A stretch of 60,390 bases of DNA. Origin: a virus. Taxonomy: Duplodnaviria; Caudoviricetes. This document shows positions 46,172 to 60,390 of this stretch, one piece after another. Each line of letters starts with the position of its first letter. Position 1 is the stretch's first letter. Under the pieces are notes generated by a model. That model saw nothing but the letters and a program-made list of their open reading frames with translations. It made no database searches and was not told the origin of the DNA. Made by a program: the position numbers and the translations under genes. The stretch covers positions 1-60,390 of the IMG/VR virus record IMGVR_UViG_3300025009_000111, one strand, 5' to 3'.

Positions 46172-46549
46172 ATGCCAATGATCATCGGAACAGGAATTGA
46201 GATCGCCTTCGCCACATCCGCTTTTTCAGCGGAGATCATCGATGTCACTCCCCCCAACCGTTCACGTAAGTCCGTGGACGTCACGCACCAGAGTGCCGCC
46301 GCAATGCTTTACATCCCCGGCAAGCTGGTGGAAGGCGGGGAACTGAAACTCAAGATCGGGTTCAATCCTGCCACTGCCGCACCGATTGACGGTGCCGTGG
46401 AAGTCGTGTCCATCACGTTCCCGGATTCTGCCGGAACCATCTGGACGTTCGACGGGTTCATGACCGGGTACAATCCGACGGGAACCCTGGAAGACAAGAT
46501 GACGGCAGACGTTACCGTCAAAGTAGCCGGGGCAATCACCCAGAATTAA
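46172..46549 (+). CDS. Major tail tube protein
   Basis: DVTH...YIPG...GG, ITFP....W.F.GF.T, T.KV.G; strong SD. Confidence 0.8.
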   Translation: MPMIIGTGIEIAFATSAFSAEIIDVTPPNRSRKSVDVTHQSAAAMLYIPGKLVEGGELKLKIGFNPATAAPIDGAVEVVSITFPDSAGTIWTFDGFMTGYNPTGTLEDKMTADVTVKVAGAITQN

Positions 46550-46618
46550 GCCAGTTTTTAACACGTGGGATGGCGTCCCACGTATAAGTACAGACCCAGC
46601 AACGAAGGAGAGAAAACC

Positions 46619-47029
46619 ATGGCGTTACTCACGAAAGAACAGATCCTAGAGGTACAGGACTTACAGGTGCTCGAAGTCCCGGTGCCCGAATGGGGTGGAA
46701 GCGTCCAAATGCGTGCCCTATCCGCAATGGAAATGGAAGGGTGGCAGAATAGCGTCAACCGCCGCAAGAACAAGGACGGGGTGATGAACATGAAGGGCAT
46801 CACGGCATCCCTGCTCCAGAAGGTGATCGTGGAAGTATCCTCGTCCACTGGCGTCCTTGTCCCCATGTTCACCGAAAGCGACATCACGGCACTGAGTAAC
46901 AAGTCGAGCAAAGCGGCGGCACGGTTGCTCAAGATCGCCATGGAGATGAACGGTGTGGACGAAAAAGACCTGGAGGGAATCCGGGGAAACTCACCGGAGA
47001 CCCAAGAAGGTGGTGGTGGTTCCGAATAG
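46619..47029 (+). CDS. Tail assembly chaperone (gpG-like)
   Basis: LLTKEQIL...V.VPEWGG.V..R.LS; ends near GN at a slippery site. Confidence 0.8.
   Translation: MALLTKEQILEVQDLQVLEVPVPEWGGSVQMRALSAMEMEGWQNSVNRRKNKDGVMNMKGITASLLQKVIVEVSSSTGVLVPMFTESDITALSNKSSKAAARLLKIAMEMNGVDEKDLEGIRGNSPETQEGGGGSE
46984..46990 (+). other. Programmed -1 frameshift site G GGA AAC
   Basis: X XXY YYZ heptamer in the gpG frame; the -1 frame is open to 47343. Confidence 0.8.
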
Positions 47030-47343
47030 CGGAGACCCTTCATTGCACCGTCAAGGAAGCACGTGAGCGGGTTCCCGCTTCCGAATACCCGGAATGGATT
47101 GCATACTTGATTGAGCGGGAGGAGCAGGAACGGGAACCCCAGAAAATCGACTACCTGTTTGCGAACCTGATCCACAACATGGTTGGAATGCTCCACGGTA
47201 AGAAGGCTGGAGAGTTGAAGGACTACCTGCTCAGGTTTGAAAAGACTGGCAACACTTCCCAAGAGGAACGGATGCAACGGGCGAAGGCGATGCTTATGTC
47301 CTTCCGGGTTCAGCACAACAAAGAGGCGAAGAAGCTCAAATGA
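46984..47343 (+). CDS. gpT-like frameshift extension of the tail chaperone
   Basis: -1 frame reads GKLTGDPRRWWWFRIAETLHCTVKEARERVPASEYPEWIAY... Confidence 0.75.
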   Translation, partial: GKLTGDPRRWWWFRIAETLHCTVKEARERVPASEYPEWIAYLIEREEQEREPQKIDYLFANLIHNMVGMLHGKKAGELKDYLLRFEKTGNTSQEERMQRAKAMLMSFRVQHNKEAKKLK

Positions 47344-49217
47344 TAATCGGAACCATGATCGCCAAAATCGGACTGGATACGTCCACCTTCGAAGGGGGCG
47401 TCCGAAAGGTCACAACCTCCTTGGCGGGGGTACAGGACCAGATGAGTTCCCTGGGGCGTACGATGTCCCTTGCGATCACGACCCCAGTGATGGCGTTTGC
47501 CGGCTTCGCTGTACATGCGGGAGCGTCGGCAGAGGAAACGCAGATTGCTTTTGAGTCCGTGTTTGCCGCTATTAAGGGGGACGCCACCGACACTGCTAAG
47601 GGCATGGGACGATCCTTCGGGCTTGCGACGGACGATCTGATGAAGGGAATGGCTTCCACTGGGGCACGCCTGAAGGGGTTCGGGTTCGGAGACAAAGCCG
47701 CATTGGGGATGTCAGCACAGCTCCAACAGATGGGCACAGACATCGCCGCGTTCAAGGGGAAGGCAGGACAATCCGCTGAAGTGGTCAATACCCTTTCTTT
47801 TTCACTCAATGGCATGACCCGTGGGTTGCGTCCGTTGGGTATTTCCATTGATGAAAGTATGATCAAGATGCGGCTGGAAGCAGACACAATCCGGGGGGTA
47901 AGGTATGAGACGATGGAACAAGCCAAGGCGGCAACCATACTGTCATTGATCCAGGAGAAGACCAAGGAGATGCAGGGTGCGTGGGCACGGGACACCTCCT
48001 TTGCCAAGTACTGGGCACAGCTCACGAGTTCAATCTCTGACTACAAAGAGACTGCGGGTCAGATGATCATCGATGCTTTCCAATTGAAGGATGCGATGCA
48101 GTGGGCGAAAAAGGAACTGGATTCCTTGATACAGACAATGGCATCGTTGGATGGTTCCGCTTCACGTATGATCCTGTTCGTCATTGCTGCTACAGCCGCA
48201 ATCGGACCAATCCTGCTAGTGTTTAGCGCTTTACTTGCTTACGGTCCATCCCTTGCTGCTTTGGCCGTTCCCGTCAGTGCTTTTTTGGTCACATTGGGAC
48301 TTGTTGCCTGGGCTGTGTACGAAATCGGGAACGCGTTTGGTTGGTGGGATGAAAAATGGAAGAAAGTGGAAGATGGCCAGCGGACGGGCATTCAGCGTGT
48401 GATCGGGTTCTTTGCGGATCTGGTGGAGAAGTTTACGCGGGGTTCCGTGATGATCCTAAATATCTTTGAATTGATCTACCGGGGAGTTAAAGCGGTGTTC
48501 CAGTTCATCGCAGATATTGTTGTGCTGAGCCTGGAAAACGTATCTGATGCTTTCGGTTGGTTGGTTGACCAGATTGGATCGGACTTTGAATGGATGAGCA
48601 ACAATTGGAAGACCGTATTGAAGCTCATGTGGGAAGTAGCCAAACAAATTGGAAAAGATATTGGAGAGGTGTTCTCCAATGCTTTCTCCTCGTTATGGGG
48701 CGGGAATGAGAACTGGGACGATCTGTTTACCCGGCAGAAGATGCGGATGAATGAACTCTCAAATTTGGTCAAGGACAAGCGTTCCGTATTGGAAATGCCC
48801 GACTTTAAGAACCCCCTCCTGGAAGCAGCCAACGGATTCAGAGACGCCGTAATTAAAGCAAGGGACGATTTTTGGAACGGGAAGAATATGTGGGGGGACT
48901 TGTTTGGACGTTGGGGTGTGGCAATTGCTAATGTTTTTCGCGCAGCAGTGGAAAAAGGGGCTGTGGTAAAACCGTGGAAGGGGATGGGCGGAACACCATC
49001 AGACTTCTTCACCAAGGGGGAAACCCCCATGGACGTGGGGATGCGTCAGTATGCGGGAGCGGCCACGCGGGGATCGGTGGAAGCATTCACCACTACCAAT
49101 CAGCGGTTCGATGAGACGTGGCAGAAGGACGTGTTGGCCTACCTGAAGACCACCGCAGAGAATACCGGGACTATGTCCAGCGCAATAGCAAACGAACAAA
49201 CAGTGGATGGATTGTAA
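47340..49217 (+). CDS. Tape measure protein
   Basis: IG......LDTS.F..G, SLAITTP, Ala/Gly-rich helices, Trp periodicity; follows the chaperones. Confidence 0.88.
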   Translation: MIIGTMIAKIGLDTSTFEGGVRKVTTSLAGVQDQMSSLGRTMSLAITTPVMAFAGFAVHAGASAEETQIAFESVFAAIKGDATDTAKGMGRSFGLATDDLMKGMASTGARLKGFGFGDKAALGMSAQLQQMGTDIAAFKGKAGQSAEVVNTLSFSLNGMTRGLRPLGISIDESMIKMRLEADTIRGVRYETMEQAKAATILSLIQEKTKEMQGAWARDTSFAKYWAQLTSSISDYKETAGQMIIDAFQLKDAMQWAKKELDSLIQTMASLDGSASRMILFVIAATAAIGPILLVFSALLAYGPSLAALAVPVSAFLVTLGLVAWAVYEIGNAFGWWDEKWKKVEDGQRTGIQRVIGFFADLVEKFTRGSVMILNIFELIYRGVKAVFQFIADIVVLSLENVSDAFGWLVDQIGSDFEWMSNNWKTVLKLMWEVAKQIGKDIGEVFSNAFSSLWGGNENWDDLFTRQKMRMNELSNLVKDKRSVLEMPDFKNPLLEAANGFRDAVIKARDDFWNGKNMWGDLFGRWGVAIANVFRAAVEKGAVVKPWKGMGGTPSDFFTKGETPMDVGMRQYAGAATRGSVEAFTTTNQRFDETWQKDVLAYLKTTAENTGTMSSAIANEQTVDGL

Positions 49218-49218
49218 C

Positions 49219-50118
49219 ATGGCTGAAGTAGGCATATACCCGGCGTGGGCACCCAAAGGTGCGATCCAGCAGAACAGCACCGAATACATCAAGCGATTCG
49301 TGGTGATCCAAGCCGACGATCAGGACACCCCGTACACAATCCTGGAGTTGGCCGGACTTCCCGCTATGGGGGACAGCGGGGAGCATGGAACCGTCCTCAC
49401 GCGGATGTCTGCCGAGCAAGACCCGGACAACGGAACCAAGTGGACGGTGGAAGCCACGTACACCACTGTATATGGCACATCCCTTTCCCCAGACGCCAAC
49501 CGACATATCCGGTATCGGTACAGGGGGGAGAAGACGGAAGTGGTGGCAGAGAATAGTTATGATGTGGACGGGAACTTGACGGTGCCCGTATTGAATCTGG
49601 TCAATGATCCGTACGATCCCCCGTTGATGATTTCCAAGATGCTTCTTGTGATCGCGATTACCAAGAAGCGTACCGGCTTCACCGCTGCAGACATCCTCAC
49701 GTACCAGAACACGATGAACAAAGGGGAATGTGAGATCGACGGAACCCCATACCCCCCGTACACCCTGGTCCTCCGATCCCTGAACCCTGAACCCTATTAC
49801 GACAATGGGGGAAACGTGGACTATTATCTGATCACAGCAGAAGTCGTGTATAACCCCGACACGTGGAAGTCGTCCGTTTTAGAGCGGGGCTTTCGTGGGA
49901 CTTTTTCAGACGGTATTCGTCCTATCCGTCTTTCCGATCTCAACACTAACATCAAGGTCAAAAGCCCACAGGACAAGAACATCGACAAGCCCGTCCGGTT
50001 GGGGGCGTTGGGTATCCCCCTTGCGGCAGACGCAGCAGCTTCCGAAAGCGTATACACAGACTTCCGCGTGTACAAGCCCATATCCTGGGTGGATCTCCGC
50101 AACCGCTACATGGACTAA
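49219..50118 (+). CDS. Putative distal tail/hub protein
   Basis: Directly follows tape measure; beta-rich. Confidence 0.55.
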   Translation: MAEVGIYPAWAPKGAIQQNSTEYIKRFVVIQADDQDTPYTILELAGLPAMGDSGEHGTVLTRMSAEQDPDNGTKWTVEATYTTVYGTSLSPDANRHIRYRYRGEKTEVVAENSYDVDGNLTVPVLNLVNDPYDPPLMISKMLLVIAITKKRTGFTAADILTYQNTMNKGECEIDGTPYPPYTLVLRSLNPEPYYDNGGNVDYYLITAEVVYNPDTWKSSVLERGFRGTFSDGIRPIRLSDLNTNIKVKSPQDKNIDKPVRLGALGIPLAADAAASESVYTDFRVYKPISWVDLRNRYMD

Positions 50119-50130
50119 GGACTTACCCCT

Positions 50131-50904
50131 ATGGCTGGCGTAAAACTATCACAAACAGCGGTACAGCAGATTCGGGACACGATTCAGCGGGTAAACGATC
50201 TGCCGTCAACCAAGGGGATCGCTGTGCCCGGTAAGGGGTGGTCGGAGAACTCCAACCCCCCGGCTTTCCCCTTCACGGTATTTTCATGGCTGGAGGATGA
50301 GGAAACTGACACATGGTTTTTCCGCGTGTGCTGTGGGAAGGAGTGGGCTGACGAGGGGATGAACAGCACCGTTGCCACGTCGGAGAAGGCGGGACGGGTG
50401 CGGACACAAGTGGCCGGATACGCTGTTTCATTTTTGGAAGTGGACGCTGACGATTTTGACCAAGTCCAAGGGGGGTTTATCAGCGTCAAGATTCGGATAC
50501 CGGATGCGTACACGGGGATCACCGCTGTACTTTATCAATCTATCGCGGCACCCGCTAACCTAGTGGGCGTTCAGACCGGGTACACGGATGTATTCATCCA
50601 ACTGGCTTTTGTAGCGGAAGATGGGGAAGTGACGCAGTACCATTGGGGAGATATTGACTTACCGATCCTGGGGACGGGTGGTGGAATGACCCCGGTAAAG
50701 ATCACGTCCGGTTCCGGGACAGATCATGTGGGGAGCGTATACGCAAACGGGGTGGACGCAATGGCGACGGAAACCGGGGTGACGATCAAGGTGCTTCAGA
50801 TTGCCACTGGGGCGGTGATCCCGGTTAATACCCTGCTTTGGGCTACAAAACTGAAATGGGCTGGTACGAAACAATGGACGGTTGACGTGGCAAGGTGGTA
50901 CTGA
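50131..50904 (+). CDS. Putative tail tip protein
   Basis: Position in the tail module. Confidence 0.5.
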   Translation: MAGVKLSQTAVQQIRDTIQRVNDLPSTKGIAVPGKGWSENSNPPAFPFTVFSWLEDEETDTWFFRVCCGKEWADEGMNSTVATSEKAGRVRTQVAGYAVSFLEVDADDFDQVQGGFISVKIRIPDAYTGITAVLYQSIAAPANLVGVQTGYTDVFIQLAFVAEDGEVTQYHWGDIDLPILGTGGGMTPVKITSGSGTDHVGSVYANGVDAMATETGVTIKVLQIATGAVIPVNTLLWATKLKWAGTKQWTVDVARWY

Positions 50905-50905
50905 T

Positions 50906-51868
50906 ATGGCGATCACCTTTACTGATTGGGAACATTGGGATGATGGAACGGAATCCGGTGTTTTGGATTGGACGTTGGAAGGATTGACAAATGCCCCAAC
51001 ACTACTTCCGTATATTGAAGCCATCCGACAGGCTGTTTACGAACGTTATTTACTAAAAAGCGGTACTGATGTTTTTTCTACTAACATCTTTAATAAATGG
51101 CAACTTTTCAGGAATCGAAGTATTTCTGGACAACAGGGGATATACGATTTAGATCAATTGATCTATGCTTTAACGGCTACCCATGTTATATCTGATCCAG
51201 AAGGATTATCAGATTACTTGCCATGTATCGAAAGCAGAAATACTTTGCTAACTCGGTTGGGGTTTTCCCCCTACTTTGGTATAAGTATAAATGCGGAAAA
51301 TCCTTCCTTGAGTAACTGGCTGTACCAATCCAAAATACTGCTAAATGAACTTTATTGGTTTTGGGGACAGTCTTATGCGGGAGTGTCCTTTACAATAGCA
51401 TGGAGAAATTCAGCGAGTAATTATTATCCTTGGGACATTGCGGTGCAGGCATTTCATGATCATGTGTGGAGTGATGAATCAACACATGATCAACCAAATA
51501 TACTTCATTTTGGAGAGAGAAATTATCATAACAATTTTTTCCTAGTGAGGTTTCGAACTATCTGCAAACTGAATATACTTGAAACATCTTTTAAAAAACG
51601 AGTATCGGTGTTTATTAAATTAAGGGGGAATGGCCTTTATGTAAATCGGGATAATCCAGAGATACTTGAAAATCAATATAAAAGGTATGATTCTTTAGAT
51701 GATTATGTATTTGATGATGTTACTTTAGAAACATGGGGGGATAATGTAAACCCAACCCTTATTCAAGATGATTTTTCATTATTTGAACGAGCCGGGTATT
51801 ACTATCAGGCAAACACTTCTTTTATTACGGTTAAAGGAGATATCCCCGGAGGCTTTATATTCCAGTAA
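50906..51868 (+). CDS. AT-rich hypothetical tail-associated protein
   Basis: Long ORF with sharp GC drop after ~51030. Confidence 0.6.
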   Translation: MAITFTDWEHWDDGTESGVLDWTLEGLTNAPTLLPYIEAIRQAVYERYLLKSGTDVFSTNIFNKWQLFRNRSISGQQGIYDLDQLIYALTATHVISDPEGLSDYLPCIESRNTLLTRLGFSPYFGISINAENPSLSNWLYQSKILLNELYWFWGQSYAGVSFTIAWRNSASNYYPWDIAVQAFHDHVWSDESTHDQPNILHFGERNYHNNFFLVRFRTICKLNILETSFKKRVSVFIKLRGNGLYVNRDNPEILENQYKRYDSLDDYVFDDVTLETWGDNVNPTLIQDDFSLFERAGYYYQANTSFITVKGDIPGGFIFQ

Positions 51869-51930
51869 GTCCCCGACACGGGCGTGAAGGGGTTAACGTG
51901 AGTAGATGGTTAAACCAAGGAGAGACGCAG

Positions 51931-52515
51931 ATGGACTTCCCGGACTTCGAATACTGGAAACTAAGGGTGCTGGCACCGGAGGACACCACGTGGGTAAACT
52001 TCCATACCCCGGAGTGGCACCGGTACTACCAGGACAAGTGCCGGATCTGTGAGCTGATTCAACCCAAGACTATATTGGAAATTGGGGTTCGATTCGGTTA
52101 CTCGGCACACGCCTTCCTTTGCTGTTCTTCCGTTACCCACTATGCTGGTATTGACGTCAACGATCCCAAGTACGGTGGATGGGTACGTCCCACCATGGGG
52201 GATGCCCGACGGATGTTGGAACAGGAGCACCCTGACAAGACCATCACCCTGTACGAGGGTAATACGCAGGCGGGATTCCGTCCTGATTGGTCTGACTATG
52301 ATTTTATCCACGTGGACGCTGATCACTCTTATCGGGGGTGCGTCCGTGATTTGCAAACCTTTTGGCCGATGGCGAACAAGGCCTTGTTGGTGGACGATTA
52401 CGAGGACAACACGGAAGTACACTGGGCGGTGAACGACTTTGTATCCGAATCGGGATTCGGTGGATTCCTCCTGACCGGAAAATCGAAACGTGGAGAGGCA
52501 TTGCTGATCAAATGA
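51931..52515 (+). CDS. Class I SAM-dependent methyltransferase (Methyltransf_24-like)
   Basis: ILEIGVRFGYS, DFIHVDADHSY...D, DDY, V..AV..F. Confidence 0.85.
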   Translation: MDFPDFEYWKLRVLAPEDTTWVNFHTPEWHRYYQDKCRICELIQPKTILEIGVRFGYSAHAFLCCSSVTHYAGIDVNDPKYGGWVRPTMGDARRMLEQEHPDKTITLYEGNTQAGFRPDWSDYDFIHVDADHSYRGCVRDLQTFWPMANKALLVDDYEDNTEVHWAVNDFVSESGFGGFLLTGKSKRGEALLIK

Positions 52516-54473
52516 AAAACGTAGTACTGGTTACGATGGTCAAAAATGAAGGGGCAATCATCCAACGAATGCTCCAATCCGCTTTTAGTGCCGCCAAGTA
52601 CGTGGTCGTATGCGACACGGGAAGCACGGACGACACCCTTCAAAAAGCGACAGATGCTTGCGGAGATTCCATCCCATTCCGTGCGTATGGGGACGAATGG
52701 AAAAACTTTGGGCACAACCGGACGCTAGCCCTTAAGCACGGACGGGATGCTATTGATAAATGGGGATTGTGCCGGGAAGAGACGTGGATGCTCCTGCTGG
52801 ACGGGGATATGATCTTGGTGGACGCCGGGTTCAACCCATCCCAACTGAACGATGATGTGATCCTATTGGAACAGCGGGGTGGGGGTATTGCCTACAGTAA
52901 CGTCCGGTTGATCCGTTCATCAATCTCCGCCACCTATAAGTGCTATACGCATGAGTATCTGGATCACGGCATAGCCGCCAAGGGGACACTCAAGACGCTG
53001 TGGATCGATGACAAGGGGGACGGCGGGTGCAAGGCGGACAAGCTGCCCCGCGATGAAAAACTCCTTCAGGCACAGCTCAAGGAAACCCCCATGGACGCCC
53101 GGACGTTGTTCTACCTTGGGCACACTCTGAGGGACATGGGGAAGACCTCCGAAGCACTGGTTTACTACCGCAAGCGGGTACACGTAGGCGGGTGGGATGA
53201 GGAAGTCTGGTATTCCCGATATTGCATCGGGATGTGTTTGGAAAAGCTGGGCAAGACGAACGAAGCGTTGGACGAATACGCGGGTGCGTGGGCTTCCCGT
53301 CCGTGGCGGAACGAACCCCTGCTGAAGATGGCAGGGATCTATCATGCCCGGAACGATCACGCCCGTGCCTATTGGACTGCGAAAGCGGGACTGTCCACCG
53401 CTTATCCCACGGGAGACCTTCTGTTTGTTGAAAAAGAGGCTTATTACGACAGTTTCTTGCGATTCGCTTCGATACACGGGTACTTTATTGGGCAGAGAAC
53501 TGATGCGGGAAAATCTGCGGATAGCCTACACTTTTTCGGGCAGGATAAAACAACGCGGGAGGAAGCACTTCGAAACCTCTCATGGTACACCAACCCTCTG
53601 GCCGGGGTTCCTCTCTCCGTTCCCCGGACGCCCCCAGAGGGTTGGTCCTTCTGTAACCCATCGATTATCAAGCACGGGACAGATTACTTGTTAAACCTTC
53701 GAATGGTTAATTACAAGATCAATCCCCAGGGGGGTTACTATGGATTCGGGGACAAGGTGCGAACCCGGAACCTATTGGTGACCCTGGATATGGATCTGAA
53801 GCCCATTTGGGAGGTGGAGTTAAACACACCCGAACCGCATAACCATGATGCACAGATTCAGGGGATTGAAGACGTTCGTCTCTGTTCCGATTGGGGATGT
53901 GGCGTAAAGGGATTGGGAGTTCGGTGTGATATGTATTATCAATACCCCACCATGTGGCAGTTCCGATGGGACTTGAGTACGGGGAAATGCGAGGAAGCCA
54001 AACCGTTATCCACGAGCGGGCACACGGAGAAGAATTGGTTGGTGTTCGGGGGTACTTTTGAGCATGGGGAAAAACGCGTGATTTATTCCCATTCCCCTTA
54101 TACGGTCACGGATTTGAACAAGACGGTTATTTCACACCAGTTCCAAATGGACTTGAGCGGGTTCCGGGGTGGGTCTGCCCCAATAAAGTGGAATGGGGGT
54201 TGGCTATATATTATCCATGAGGTCACTATGCTGCCAGGGCACACCCGGAGGACGTACATGCACCGGTTCTGTTGGACAGATGAAAACTTGATGCTGAAGA
54301 AGGTGTCTGCCCCGTTCCATTTCCGGGAACCCCACACAATCGAGTTCTGTTCTGGATTGGTCGCGCACCGTACAGGGGTATTGGCCACATACGGACGGAA
54401 TGATGGGATTGCAGAAATGATGTTCGTGGAAAACACCAAGGTACAGGAAATGCTGAACACTGAGGTAAAATAA
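52512..54473 (+). CDS. GT2 glycosyltransferase + TPR repeats + C-terminal beta-propeller (GH130-like)
   Basis: MVKNE, DTGSTD, W.NFG.NR, LDGD, HEY; TPRs (FYLG, YYRKR, RPWR.EP); NPSI, GIEDVRL, EKNW, RGG, Y.HRF, IEFC.G. Confidence 0.85.
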   Translation: MKNVVLVTMVKNEGAIIQRMLQSAFSAAKYVVVCDTGSTDDTLQKATDACGDSIPFRAYGDEWKNFGHNRTLALKHGRDAIDKWGLCREETWMLLLDGDMILVDAGFNPSQLNDDVILLEQRGGGIAYSNVRLIRSSISATYKCYTHEYLDHGIAAKGTLKTLWIDDKGDGGCKADKLPRDEKLLQAQLKETPMDARTLFYLGHTLRDMGKTSEALVYYRKRVHVGGWDEEVWYSRYCIGMCLEKLGKTNEALDEYAGAWASRPWRNEPLLKMAGIYHARNDHARAYWTAKAGLSTAYPTGDLLFVEKEAYYDSFLRFASIHGYFIGQRTDAGKSADSLHFFGQDKTTREEALRNLSWYTNPLAGVPLSVPRTPPEGWSFCNPSIIKHGTDYLLNLRMVNYKINPQGGYYGFGDKVRTRNLLVTLDMDLKPIWEVELNTPEPHNHDAQIQGIEDVRLCSDWGCGVKGLGVRCDMYYQYPTMWQFRWDLSTGKCEEAKPLSTSGHTEKNWLVFGGTFEHGEKRVIYSHSPYTVTDLNKTVISHQFQMDLSGFRGGSAPIKWNGGWLYIIHEVTMLPGHTRRTYMHRFCWTDENLMLKKVSAPFHFREPHTIEFCSGLVAHRTGVLATYGRNDGIAEMMFVENTKVQEMLNTEVK

Positions 54474-54474
54474 G

Positions 54475-54816
54475 ATGGAACTGGGATCAATATACATTGG
54501 GCTGGCATGGGAACCCATCGTGGAGATTATTGACGTACAGGGGGCAACCCCCGCCGTACCGGAGGAGATCACGTTCACGTTGCGCCAAACTCTTACCGGC
54601 CCAGTGGTGTTCCAGTGTCTCCTCTCCGATGGGACGATTACCATGGGGACTGTTACAGATGGCGATCCACTTGTGATTGTAATCTTCCTAACGTCCCTTC
54701 AAACGGCGACACTGACTGATTCCACAATGATTGCCAGTTTGACAATCACCGTGGACGGAGTGGAGTATGAAGTTGATCCCAAGACGCCCGTTCGAGTAAT
54801 TGAAAACGCATCGTAA
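54475..54816 (+). CDS. Small acidic beta protein (BppU-like fibre attachment)
   Basis: FTLR...GTIT...I.LT..QTATL pattern, precedes the fibre gene. Confidence 0.5.
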   Translation: MELGSIYIGLAWEPIVEIIDVQGATPAVPEEITFTLRQTLTGPVVFQCLLSDGTITMGTVTDGDPLVIVIFLTSLQTATLTDSTMIASLTITVDGVEYEVDPKTPVRVIENAS

Positions 54817-54835
54817 ATAGGACAGGAAAACGACA

Positions 54836-58381
<3,546 letters not shown>

Positions 58382-58382
58382 C

Positions 58383-58811
58383 ATGAAGAAGTATAAAGTA
58401 ATATCTAACTATGCAGGTATTATCAGAGATGATGGGGCAAGTATTCCGTTTTGTATCAATAATTCGGATTATCAAGAGCATCTTCAATGGCTTGCTGATG
58501 GCAACACACCAGATATCGAAGAATCTGTTGTTGATCCGCAGATAGCAATCAAACTGCAAGAACGTATGGAACTAGAGAATGAGTATTTGGAAGCGTCTAA
58601 ACTTTTGTGTCAGCTTGCCGGTGATACTATTCCTGACGGTGTGTGGCCTAAGCTAGAGGCAATCGAGTATAAAGAGAAAGCATTGATTGCCGAGAAGCAT
58701 CCGAATTTCACATCACGCATCACGGAAACCCTCTTGTACTGCCTTTTTGAATTGAAGATGATGGGCTGGACTTGGGAACAGATCGAATACAGAAACGACA
58801 TAGTGGAGTAA
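58383..58811 (+). CDS. Putative fibre assembly/chaperone protein
   Basis: IR.DGA.IP....N.DYQ..L.WLA.GNTP motif following the fibre gene. Confidence 0.6.
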   Translation: MKKYKVISNYAGIIRDDGASIPFCINNSDYQEHLQWLADGNTPDIEESVVDPQIAIKLQERMELENEYLEASKLLCQLAGDTIPDGVWPKLEAIEYKEKALIAEKHPNFTSRITETLLYCLFELKMMGWTWEQIEYRNDIVE

Positions 58812-58817
58812 TTACAC

Positions 58818-60390
<1,573 letters not shown>

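Overview
The window looks like an essentially complete ~60 kb tailed dsDNA phage genome with siphovirus-type morphogenesis genes. Its ends overlap by 56 bp (1-56 = 60333-60388) inside a collagen-like repeat gene. The minus-strand arm (3.6-22.9 kb) encodes recombination functions: split SbcC, SbcD, RuvC-like resolvase, 5'-3' exonuclease, RecA, SSB and a UvsY-like protein. It also encodes replication functions: gamma/tau clamp loader, beta clamp, split PolA with a UDG-like domain, DnaB-like helicase, DnaC-like loader, initiator and SNF2 helicase. The plus-strand arm carries a small sigma-like factor, primase, terminase, a GREB1/TAGT-type glycosyltransferase, ThyX, head and tail genes, two blocks of glycan-biosynthesis genes embedded among the structural genes, and two large Gly-X-Thr collagen-like fibre genes. 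I recognise no integrase, repressor or canonical endolysin. Most notable: (1) a candidate phage-encoded virion/fibre glycosylation system; (2) a ~240-nt tRNA-scaffolded structured RNA, whose 3' end is duplicated around a 598-bp foreign insert; (3) a recurring CCGTATAAT promoter motif paired with a region-2-only sigma factor; (4) an orphan DNA-modification-type glycosyltransferase between terS and terL; (5) a MuF-ParB fusion. All family assignments come from reading motifs by eye; no database searches were run.
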